Source: Planctomycetota bacterium (GTDB lineage Bacteria; Planctomycetota; Planctomycetia; Pirellulales; UBA1268). From it: 64,000 bases of DNA. The notes beneath the pieces were generated by a model. The model searched no databases, was not told where the DNA came from, and worked only from the letters and a program-made list of their open reading frames with translations. The position numbers and the translations under genes were made by a program. Below, piece by piece: positions 30,627 to 38,293 of this stretch (within the stretch, counting starts at the first letter, position 1; every line of letters begins with the position of its first letter). Location of the stretch: the NCBI GenBank assembly GCA_016872555.1, contig VGZO01000008.1, forward strand, positions 25,323 through 89,322. Reading direction: 5' to 3'.

Positions 30627-30707
30627 TCGCCGGCAACCGGGGGGCGGTTGGCGGCGCGGGGCAGGCGGGCATACTGGAAGCGGTCCCTCCCCACGCGGGG
30701 TGACGCC

Positions 30708-32144
30708 GTGAACGCGCTGATCGTCGACGACTCCAAGCCCGCCCGGACGATCCTCGCGCGGGCGCTGGCGGCCCTCGATCTGGAGTGCCACGAGGCGGCC
30801 AACGGCCGCGAGGCCCTCGACCTCCTCACCCGGATCGCCCGGCCCGACGTCGTGACCGTCAATCTCCACATGCCGGAGATGGACGGCATCGAATTGATCA
30901 CCCGCCTGCGGCGCGAGCCGGCCTGGCGCTCGCTCAAGCTGGTGATGGTGTCTGGGGAGCAGAATCCGGGGCGCGTCGCCGCGGCGCTCGAGGCCGGGGC
31001 CGACCGGTTCGTCGCCAAGCCGTTCACCGCCGCGGCCCTCCACGAGGTGATCCTCGGCCTCGGTGTCGGGCGGCGCGTCGTGGCACCCGCCGCGCCGATC
31101 CGCGTGCTCGTCGTCGACGACTCGGCGGTGATCCGGAGCGTGCTCTCGGCGACGCTCGCCACCGAGCCGGGAATCGCCGTCGCCGGGACGGCGGCCGACG
31201 GGCGGCAGGCGCTCTCGCGGATCGCCGCCGATCCCCCCGACCTGGTCCTCCTCGACGTCGAGATGCCGGTGATGGACGGGATCACGACGCTCAGGGAGCT
31301 GCGCGCCCTGCATCCCAAGCTCCCGGTGGTGATGTTCTCGAGCCTCACCGAGCGCGGCGCGAAGGCGGCGATCGACGCGCTCCTCGCCGGGGCCAACGAC
31401 TACGTCGCCAAGCCGAAGGAGACGTCGGCCGACGCCGTCGCCGCGCGGATCCGTGAGGAGCTCGTGCCACGGATCCGCCAGCTCGTGCCCCGCACGGCCG
31501 GCGCCGCGCCGGTGGCGGCCGCGGCGGCCCCCGCGGCCCCTGCCCGGCGGGCGGCGCGCGAACCGGTGGCGGCGGTCGTCGTCGCCGTCTCGACCGGCGG
31601 CCCCAACGCGCTGGCCGGGTTCCTCCCCGGGTTCGTGCGGAATGTCCCGGTGCCGGTGCTCGTCGTCCAGCACATGCCGCCGCTGTTCACGGCGCAGTTG
31701 GCGGAGCGGCTGGCCCGGATCTGCGGGATCGACGTCCGCGAAGCGCTCCACGGCGAGGCCCTCGCCCCCGGCCGCGTCCTCCTCGCCCCCGGCGGGCGCC
31801 ACATGAAAGTCGCGCGCGGCGACGGCGGCGTGGTCGCGGAGCTGTCCGACGAGCCGCCGGAGAACGCCTGCCGGCCGGCGGCCGATCCGCTGTTCCGCAC
31901 GGCCGCGGCCGTCTGGGGGGCGGGCACGCTCGGCGTCGTCCTCACCGGCATGGGGCGCGACGGGCTCGAGGGCGCGCGGGCGATCGTCGCCGCGGGCGGC
32001 GCCGTGATCGTCCAGGACGAATTCACGAGCACGATCTGGGGCATGCCCGGCCACGTCGCCCGTGCCGGGCTCGCCGACGCCGTGCTTCCCCTCGGGCAGC
32101 TCGGCGCCGAGGTAGCGCTGCGCGTGTCGCGGCGGGCGCGGTGA
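30708..32144 (+). CDS. cheB: REC(pseudo)-REC-CheB protein-glutamate methylesterase
   Basis: I prefer the GTG start at 30708 (VNALIVDD); the ORF also has an in-frame TTG at 30648. The first receiver has Asn at the phospho-acceptor position (VVTVNLHMPEMDG). The second receiver is canonical (LVLLDVEMPVMDG). The methylesterase domain carries AVSTGGP, VVQHMP and LTGMGRDG. Confidence 0.85.
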   Translation: MNALIVDDSKPARTILARALAALDLECHEAANGREALDLLTRIARPDVVTVNLHMPEMDGIELITRLRREPAWRSLKLVMVSGEQNPGRVAAALEAGADRFVAKPFTAAALHEVILGLGVGRRVVAPAAPIRVLVVDDSAVIRSVLSATLATEPGIAVAGTAADGRQALSRIAADPPDLVLLDVEMPVMDGITTLRELRALHPKLPVVMFSSLTERGAKAAIDALLAGANDYVAKPKETSADAVAARIREELVPRIRQLVPRTAGAAPVAAAAAPAAPARRAAREPVAAVVVAVSTGGPNALAGFLPGFVRNVPVPVLVVQHMPPLFTAQLAERLARICGIDVREALHGEALAPGRVLLAPGGRHMKVARGDGGVVAELSDEPPENACRPAADPLFRTAAAVWGAGTLGVVLTGMGRDGLEGARAIVAAGGAVIVQDEFTSTIWGMPGHVARAGLADAVLPLGQLGAEVALRVSRRAR

Positions 32145-32169
32145 CGGCCGTGGCGGAAAGCAACACGCC

Positions 32170-32994
32170 ATGGTGAGTGCCGCCGACTTCGCCTGCATCC
32201 GTGAGTTCCTCCGCCGGCGCAGTGGCGTGGTCCTCGATCCGTCGAAGGGCTATCTCGTCGAGGCCCGGCTGCTTCCGGTGGTGAAGCGCCACGGGTGCGG
32301 CGGCCTCGACGCCCTGGTCGGGCGGCTGCGGCAGGGGGGCGACACGGCCCTCGAGCGCGACATCCTCAACGCGATGATGACCCACGAGACGTCGTTCTTC
32401 CGCGACCGCGCGCCGTTCGAGACGGTGCGGAAGATCCTCCCCGACCTGCTCGCGCGCCGCGCCGTGTCGCGGCACCTGACGATCTGGTCGGCCGCCGCCT
32501 CGACGGGGCAGGAGGCGTACAGCCTGGCGATGCTCCTCGAGGAGCACTTCCGCCCGCTGCTCGCCGGGTGGCGCGTGCGGATCCTCGCCACCGACATCTC
32601 CGACGTCGTCCTCGAACAGGCGCGGACGGGGAGCTACGGCACGCTCGAGATGGCGCGCGGCCTGCCCGATGACTACCGGCAGAAATACTTCGTGCCGCTG
32701 CTGGGGCGGTGGAGCATCGCGCAGGACTGCCGCAAGCTGGTCGAGTTCCGCCAGTTCAACCTCGCCGCGCCATGGCAGGGGATCCCGGCCTGCGACATCG
32801 TCTTCCTCCGCAACGTCCTCATCTACTTCGACATCCCGACGCGCGTGCGGATCCTCGACCAGATGCGCTCCGTCGTCCGCCCCGACGGCAGCCTGTTCAT
32901 CGGCGGCGCCGAGACGCTGCTCGGGGTGTGCGACACCTTCGAGCGCCTCCAGGGGGCCGGCTGCGGCTATTACCGCCCGAAGCCGGCGCGGTAG
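32170..32994 (+). CDS. cheR: chemotaxis protein methyltransferase CheR
   Basis: Motifs HETSFFRD, IWSAAASTGQEAYSLAM, DISDVVLEQAR and IVFLRNVLIYFD are present. Confidence 0.9.
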   Translation: MVSAADFACIREFLRRRSGVVLDPSKGYLVEARLLPVVKRHGCGGLDALVGRLRQGGDTALERDILNAMMTHETSFFRDRAPFETVRKILPDLLARRAVSRHLTIWSAAASTGQEAYSLAMLLEEHFRPLLAGWRVRILATDISDVVLEQARTGSYGTLEMARGLPDDYRQKYFVPLLGRWSIAQDCRKLVEFRQFNLAAPWQGIPACDIVFLRNVLIYFDIPTRVRILDQMRSVVRPDGSLFIGGAETLLGVCDTFERLQGAGCGYYRPKPAR

Positions 32995-33380
32995 CCGAGC
33001 CCGGCGACTTTTGGGCCAGCGCCCCCAGTATCGGATGCTGCCTGGAATGGTCGTGGACGACCCTCGCCATCCATTGGATCGAGCCCGCGAGGGTAACCGA
33101 GTCGGGAGACAACATCGACGACCCCACGGCTGCCGAGATCGAGGAAGTCGGGCGGCCCGAAGACGCACTCCTTGCTCTGGCGGGGGGGCAGGAAAACCAT
33201 CGAATTGACTGAATCAGGGGCCTTCGGACGGCGGGCTGCGTTTAGGAACAGCGGCACTTTGTTGCCGAATCAACGTGCCCTTCTATGAAAAGCGCAAGTT
33301 AGCAGCGGCGTGATCGAAGGGAAGAGTTGCGGCGATATGACGATGAACGCTGGGTGGGCCTCGATTTGGGTGTTCCCGGC

Positions 33381-33421
33381 CGGAGCGGCGGCAGGCCCCC
33401 AAGCAGCCTGCCGCCGCTCCG
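33381..33421 (-). terminator. perfect 16-bp stem hairpin 22 bp downstream of the DndB-like gene (candidate terminator, no U-tract)
   Basis: CGGAGCGGCGGCAGGC (33381-33396), a 9-nt loop, then GCCTGCCGCCGCTCCG (33406-33421). Confidence 0.45.
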
Positions 33422-33442
33422 TGACCGCGGGCAAGGGCGCCC

Positions 33443-34600
33443 TCAAGCGGTCACGAGAGCGCCGGCCCGGATCCGCTGATAGTTGGGCTGAGTGGGATCA
33501 GTAAGGGCCCGGTAAACGGCATACGCCGTCTCCTTGGAGCCTCCGATCGACAGCTTGCCGCTCGGGCTCAGCTTGCCGGCGATGCCGTTCCAGTGCTCGC
33601 CCTTATCCCAATCGACCGACTTCAGCTCGTCGATCAGTCGCTTCATCTCCTGCTGCCGGTTCGGAAGGTTGACGAGGGAATGCCCCATCGCCCCGATGGC
33701 CGCCAGCACCGCCGGCGCGGAGGCCACCGACTGATCCCTCAACTCCATGGCTGGCCTGATCGCCTCGGCCACGGCTCCGAACCACTCCTTCGCAACCTCG
33801 GTGAGGTGCTTCAGATCTCCCGCCACGGCGACCGGCTTGGCCCCGTGCTTCACGCCGCCAATGCCCTCGGCAAGCGTGACGCAGGCACCGCGGAGCGCCG
33901 TAATCGTGACGACATGCCTATCCGACCTCCGCAGTTGCCGCCGCACGGTGTTGACCCTGTCCTTGAAGAACGGGACCTCCTGCTCGAGAGTCCTGGCAAT
34001 GCCCGTTGCCGGATCCCGGGCGTCCATCGAGATACCCACGGCGGCGTTCGGCCGAACGCCGCACATGTTCAGGTCATGAAAGACCTGACGAGCCCAGGTC
34101 AGGTCGAGCCCGTGACAGATCATCACCGGGACTGACGCGGCCTGCGTGGACGGATCCATGCTCGCCGCCTCAAACCGGGCGGCCAACTGCGTCTCGCCAT
34201 CGATGGCGATGAGCATGGTTCCGTACGGGATCTGGATCTGGCCCCCGGCGTCTGGAGAGTTGGTCCACTTCAACTTCTCCTTGGTGAACAGGATGATCGG
34301 CGGCGCCATCCCGTTCTGACCGTTGTGGACGGCGACGAGGTAGTCGGCGTAGGGCCCGACGTTCCGCTCCTTCGCCCCCTCAAACAACCGCTGCACCATC
34401 TCGCGGATCTTGCGGGTCTCACTGAGCGAGGCGTCCGCCGCGACCTGCTTCTCGTCCTCGGTCCGCCGAGGATCCTGCGCCACCTGCATCAACTGGGCGG
34501 CCTTCATCCGGCCCAGAAACCGGTGGGTGTCGAGGGAGACTCCCGCGACGATGTGCCCCTCGGTGGTATTCAGTCGATCGATCGATTCAGAAGATTCCAT
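33443..34600 (-). CDS. DndB / DGQHR-domain-like protein (ParB/Srx-fold), divergent motif DGETQ, orphan
   Basis: ATG 34600 is preceded by GAGGG 8 nt upstream; the ORF-track start at 34666 is a TTG. FLGRMKAAQLMQV, VQRLF..AKERNVGPYADYL....APPIILF and LIAIDGETQLAARFEA parallel remembered DndB segments (..LRGRM.., IQR..., FAIDGQHRLAA). Confidence 0.6.
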   Translation of the reverse strand: MESSESIDRLNTTEGHIVAGVSLDTHRFLGRMKAAQLMQVAQDPRRTEDEKQVAADASLSETRKIREMVQRLFEGAKERNVGPYADYLVAVHNGQNGMAPPIILFTKEKLKWTNSPDAGGQIQIPYGTMLIAIDGETQLAARFEAASMDPSTQAASVPVMICHGLDLTWARQVFHDLNMCGVRPNAAVGISMDARDPATGIARTLEQEVPFFKDRVNTVRRQLRRSDRHVVTITALRGACVTLAEGIGGVKHGAKPVAVAGDLKHLTEVAKEWFGAVAEAIRPAMELRDQSVASAPAVLAAIGAMGHSLVNLPNRQQEMKRLIDELKSVDWDKGEHWNGIAGKLSPSGKLSIGGSKETAYAVYRALTDPTQPNYQRIRAGALVTA

Positions 34601-34672
34601 TTGAACAACCCTCAGTTGTGACTGCGCCCCCTCGCCAAAGCGGCTCGGGCGTCGCTTCGAGTTCAAAATATC

Positions 34673-34755
34673 GACCCGAGTCGATCCGTCAACAACTCGA
34701 GTTGCAGCTGTGAAAACTCGGGTCTTTTTTCAGGCTGTTTCTCATGACCCGAGCT
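34673..34755. promoter_or_regulatory. phased array of four palindromic ACYCGRGY cores upstream of the DndB-like gene
   Basis: GACCCGAGTC (34673-34682), the perfect 12-bp palindrome CAACTCGAGTTG (34693-34704), AACTCGGGTC (34715-34724) and GACCCGAGCT (34746-34755). Centre-to-centre spacing is 21, 21 and 31 bp. Confidence 0.35.
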
Positions 34756-34992
34756 CGCAATTCTGATCTAGACACTTGGTGTCTGCGAATTTCCTGGGGT
34801 CCTCCGAAGGGCTCAATAACTGCTAAAGCCCTTGATGACGGAGGTTTATGATTTTTTTAGCATGGCTGCAGGCGCGTTCAGAGCATCCCTTGTGCCGCAG
34901 CACCGCCGTGCACCAGGCCTGCCCGAAGCCCGCATCCTGATTGGATTGGGCCCGGGGGAAGGGGCCCAGAAACTTTGGGCAGCAGAATCCGC

Positions 34993-35883
34993 TCACGAGG
35001 CTGCGGCGTCCTCGATCCCGTCGAGCAGCGTGGGGATCTTGTTCGCCCGGATCGTGGCTATGACCGCCGACGAGGATTTCCAGGGCTCTCCCGGCATGCG
35101 GGTGATGAGTTGCCGCCACACTCGACCAAACGCCGCGATCGCCGTCTCCTCGTCAAAAATCACCCCTGCTGGCAGCAGCGGAGCAACGTCTTCCGTCAGG
35201 CTCCGGTTGAGCTTCTGCAGCATCCGCTCCTCGCTGATGGCCCGGGTGATTGGATGTCCTTCCAGTTCCAGGTAGTGCCGAAAACAGTCGATCAACCGGT
35301 CGTGGTCGAGCCCTGGCAGCAGCAGCGCCTCGTTGAGGTCGAACAAATCGCGATTCTTGTTCCGCTGCAGGAGGGCCCGCAGTTTTGTGGCGAGCAATTC
35401 CTCCCGGTCGTACGACATGATCTCGACCCGCCCGCGGTGCCAGTCGCTTTCGACTGCGTAAGGATAGGCGAGAAGCCCATGCCGGCTCTGGTGTTCCCGG
35501 GTGTTGATCTCGATCTTGAGCTTGAGCGGCTGGTCGCTGGTCTCCTCGGGAGTGAATCTGAAGATGAGCGCGGTCGAGCGCTGGCCTTGAATCCGCTTTC
35601 CTCGCCCAAGCCACGAGAGTGCATCTTGAACTCCGTCGATCACCGGCCCGATCGCCTCCGCTCGAGTCTGCACGAGGTCGATATCCTCGGAATAACGCAG
35701 CGGCTTCGCGAACAGGAGTTTGTGAAGCGCAGTTCCGCCGCGAAATGCGATCCGATCGCGGATTGCTCTGCTGGCGAAGAGATCGCACAGGGCGCGGGAA
35801 ATGACCAGATCCTGTTCGACCTGTCGGAGATCGGGCCACGGCGCGGCAGCGGTCCAGTGTTGGATGTACGCCCGTGGGATCAT
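34993..35883 (-). CDS. abiEii: AbiEii/AbiGii-family nucleotidyltransferase toxin (type IV TA / abortive infection)
   Basis: MIPRAYIQHWTAAAPW..., FRGGTALHKL and RYSEDIDL (NTase motif) are present. The length of about 296 aa is typical. ATGA overlap with abiEi. Confidence 0.8.
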   Translation of the reverse strand: MIPRAYIQHWTAAAPWPDLRQVEQDLVISRALCDLFASRAIRDRIAFRGGTALHKLLFAKPLRYSEDIDLVQTRAEAIGPVIDGVQDALSWLGRGKRIQGQRSTALIFRFTPEETSDQPLKLKIEINTREHQSRHGLLAYPYAVESDWHRGRVEIMSYDREELLATKLRALLQRNKNRDLFDLNEALLLPGLDHDRLIDCFRHYLELEGHPITRAISEERMLQKLNRSLTEDVAPLLPAGVIFDEETAIAAFGRVWRQLITRMPGEPWKSSSAVIATIRANKIPTLLDGIEDAAAS

Positions 35884-36698
35884 GCGTCGATCTCGACGTC
35901 ACTATTGATCGTGAGTTTCCAGGGCTTGTTCCGCTCTTCGCAAGCGGCCAACGGTCGTGCTGCCGGCTTGAGCGACGGGTCGAGCAGCGTGAATGACTTC
36001 GCCTGCTCGGCATACTGCGCGAGAGATCGAGATTGACGGGTGTACCCGAAATGCTCGAGAAGGTATCCGAGCCTGCGCACCGCCGTGTTGTCGTAGGCCT
36101 TGGCTGCGGCGGCGAGAACGCTGCCGCGGGCCTTGTCTCCAAGATCGTGCACGGCCTGGGCCGCGGCATTGAGCCCTCCCGCGCGGTGGAAATAGCCGCA
36201 CATGTCGAGCAGCGTCAGTTCGAGGCCGGCGACCTTGGCAAACCCCGCGTCGGTCTTGAGGCGATCGAGCCACGCGGGCTGGTTCGTTCGCGCGAAGGCC
36301 TCGGCCGTCTGGTAGAGGAACTCGATCCGATGCCGGCCGATCACGATGAGCGGAAGCTGCCGCGGCGAAATCACCTGAAAGACCATGGCGGCTTGGTGGG
36401 CGGCGCCATGGAAGGCTGCGGCCCTCAGCAGCGACACCCGATAGTCGAGCCCAAGATGCGCCATCAGCGGGTCGATCCAACGGGCTGGATCGGGGGCGCC
36501 GAGGAGGCGATCCTCGGGCCGTAGAATCAAATAAAAGCCTCGGCGGGGGGACACGAGGCGGCCCTTTTTGGCCAGCCGTGAAGCCGCCGCCTGCAAGGCC
36601 TTGGGTGATTGCCGAAGTGCCGCCAGTGCCGCGGGCTTCGTGAAGAAAGCCCGGCCGTTCAGACGCTGCTGATCGATGAAATCTTCCAGTTCACCCAT
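35880..36698 (-). CDS. abiEi: AbiEi-family antitoxin/transcriptional regulator (type IV TA)
   Basis: Positioned immediately upstream of abiEii and overlapping it. The N-terminal wHTH-like segment is FFTKPAALAALRQSPKALQAAASRLAKKGRLVSPRRGFYLI. The C-terminal segment is AFHGAAHQ. Confidence 0.75.
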   Translation of the reverse strand: MGELEDFIDQQRLNGRAFFTKPAALAALRQSPKALQAAASRLAKKGRLVSPRRGFYLILRPEDRLLGAPDPARWIDPLMAHLGLDYRVSLLRAAAFHGAAHQAAMVFQVISPRQLPLIVIGRHRIEFLYQTAEAFARTNQPAWLDRLKTDAGFAKVAGLELTLLDMCGYFHRAGGLNAAAQAVHDLGDKARGSVLAAAAKAYDNTAVRRLGYLLEHFGYTRQSRSLAQYAEQAKSFTLLDPSLKPAARPLAACEERNKPWKLTINSDVEIDA

Positions 36699-36755
36699 GC
36701 CCCGATCATATGAGAAAAACGACGTGCGGCGAGTGTTTTCTCATATGATCGGGGC
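36699..36755 (-). promoter_or_regulatory. perfect 20-bp inverted repeat abutting the abiEi start codon (candidate AbiEi operator)
   Basis: GCCCCGATCATATGAGAAAA (36699-36718) and its exact reverse complement (36736-36755) are separated by 17 nt. The proximal arm ends at the base before ATG 36698. Confidence 0.45.
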
Positions 36756-36792
36756 GTGAGCCGGTCTGCTTGTGTTGGGGCCTTGGTTCCCA

Positions 36793-38226
36793 TCACCCCG
36801 CCGCCGGGCCCGCCCACTCCAGGCACAGGATCGAGACGTCGTCGAGCGGCCCCTTCGGCTGGCACCAGGCCTGCACGCTCTCGAGCAGGCGCACGACGTT
36901 AACGTCGACCGAGTCGCCGCGGAGCGACTCGACCAGCGCCGTCATCCGCTCGTTGCCCATCTGCTCGAGCTTCTCGTCCATCGCCTCCGGCACGCCGTCG
37001 GAGTAGAGGATCACGCGGTCGCCCGGGGCGAGCTGGAGCGTCTCCTCGGCGAACTCGACGTCGGGCACGAACCCGACGGGGAAGCTCTCCACCTCGAACA
37101 GCTTGAGCGCCCCGGTCTTCGGGACGTGGAGCAGGGGCGGGTGGCCCCCCGACACGAAGCGCAGCTTGCCGCTGGGCACGTGGAGGATGCCGTACACGAT
37201 CGTGAAGTACAGCCCGGCCTGGTTGTCGGCCTGGAACAGGTTGTTGAGCTGGGTCACCACCTCGGCCGGGGCCGCCACCAGCGGCTTGCCGCCGTCGGGC
37301 GACGGACGCAGGAGGAGCGACGTGTCGGAGACGCGCGGCGTGAGGAACGCCCCGACGGTCACCGCCAGCAGCGAGCTGGGCACACCGTGGCCGCTGACGT
37401 CGACGACGAACATCCCGACGTGCTCGTCGTCGAGCGCGAAGATGTTGAGGAAGTCGCCGGCCAGCTCGTTGCACGGCACGTAGCGCCAGGCCGACGCGGT
37501 CGCCGGCATGTCGAGCGCGGCCTGGGGGAGGAGCGACTGCTGGACCTTGGCGGCGGCGTGCAGGTCGCGCGTCATCCGTCGGTTGCTGCGCTCGATCTGC
37601 TCGTTGACGGCGACCAGCTCGGTGTTGGCTTTCTGGAGCTGGTCGCGTGCCACCGACAGCGACTGGTTGGTCGAGATCAGCTCCTTGTTCTTGGTGACGG
37701 CGTTCTCGAACACCGACACCAGCAGGTTGAGGACCTGCTGCCTCCCGGCGTTGACCTTGAAGGTCTGGCCGGCGACGGTGACCTCCATCTCGTTGCCGGC
37801 CGTCGCATCGGCGGCCGCCAGCGGGGAGGCGAGCAGCGAGTCCATCCGGCCGAGGAGGTACTCCGGCTCGTAGGGCTTGGTGACGTAGTTGTCGGCCCCG
37901 GCGTCGAGCCCGCGGATGATGTCGACCGGGTCGCCGAGCGACGACAGGAGGATCAGCGGGATCGTGCGCAGATCGGGATCGGTCTTGACGATCTTGCAGA
38001 GCTCGTAGCCCGTCATCTCCGGCATCTCGATGTCGGAGATGATGATGTCGGGCCGCCGCTCGCGGACCAGCGCCAGGGCCTTGCCGCCATCGGCCCCCCA
38101 GCGCACGGCATGGCCGGCCTCGGTGAGCCGGCGCTCGAGGAGCTTGGCCTGGATCTTGCTGTCCTCGGCAATCACCACGTCGACCGGCCGATGGGCGCGG
38201 GGAGGGCTGGAGTCGGCGGAGGCCAT
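36793..38226 (-). CDS. response regulator receiver + PP2C/SpoIIE-type serine phosphatase (RsbU-like)
   Basis: Start at ATG 38226. The REC domain has VVIAEDS, IIISDIEMPEMTG, LILLSS and YVTKP. The PP2C domain has GDFLNIF, FVVDVSGHGVPSS, GGHPP and LYSDGV. Confidence 0.88.
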   Translation of the reverse strand: MASADSSPPRAHRPVDVVIAEDSKIQAKLLERRLTEAGHAVRWGADGGKALALVRERRPDIIISDIEMPEMTGYELCKIVKTDPDLRTIPLILLSSLGDPVDIIRGLDAGADNYVTKPYEPEYLLGRMDSLLASPLAAADATAGNEMEVTVAGQTFKVNAGRQQVLNLLVSVFENAVTKNKELISTNQSLSVARDQLQKANTELVAVNEQIERSNRRMTRDLHAAAKVQQSLLPQAALDMPATASAWRYVPCNELAGDFLNIFALDDEHVGMFVVDVSGHGVPSSLLAVTVGAFLTPRVSDTSLLLRPSPDGGKPLVAAPAEVVTQLNNLFQADNQAGLYFTIVYGILHVPSGKLRFVSGGHPPLLHVPKTGALKLFEVESFPVGFVPDVEFAEETLQLAPGDRVILYSDGVPEAMDEKLEQMGNERMTALVESLRGDSVDVNVVRLLESVQAWCQPKGPLDDVSILCLEWAGPAAG

Positions 38227-38293
38227 GGCGAGGTCCCGGGGGCGGAAGGCTGACGGAGATCCGGCCCGACCCACGGGCCGCGACCGCCGCCGC

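Noticed and set aside
28887-32198. Very long ORFs antisense or out of frame to recognised genes. Examples are 28887..32198(-) of 1103 aa, 25960..28392(-), 45693..48827(-), 48595..50940(-), the upstream parts of 12055..14448(-) and 5164..8064(+), and 193..1431(-).
   Set aside because: They are Arg/Pro/Gly/Ala-dominated shadow ORFs, which are typical of very high GC. Each overlaps genes with clear domain signatures on the other strand or frame, and none shows a recognisable motif.
32995-33300. A possible gene remnant or small ORFs just after cheR, such as the acidic tail ...TLAIHWIEPARVTESGDNIDDPTAAEIEEVGRPEDALLALAGG and the 95-aa minus-strand ORF 32970..33257.
   Set aside because: There is no credible start/RBS and no recognisable family. 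The frames are continuations of shadow ORFs running out of cheR. A decayed gene fragment at the island border cannot be excluded.
34601-34666. The longer version of the DndB-like ORF, starting at 34666 (MNSKRRPSRF...).
   Set aside because: That start codon is TTG and its N-terminus is basic and low-complexity. The in-frame ATG at 34600 has a GAGGG Shine-Dalgarno 8 nt upstream, so I preferred it.
34948-34967. The hairpin GGGCCC-N8-GGGCCC just downstream of the abiEii stop, considered as a terminator.
   Set aside because: The stem is only 6 bp and is built from a self-complementary hexamer. There is no U-tract, so it is not distinguishable from chance in this composition.
32995-36792. Flanking direct repeats (att sites) or terminal inverted repeats delimiting the low-GC island.
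   Set aside because: The only shared string I found by eye is GGGGCCTT (about 33217 and 36778), which is too short to be meaningful in GC-rich DNA. No recombinase gene is present.
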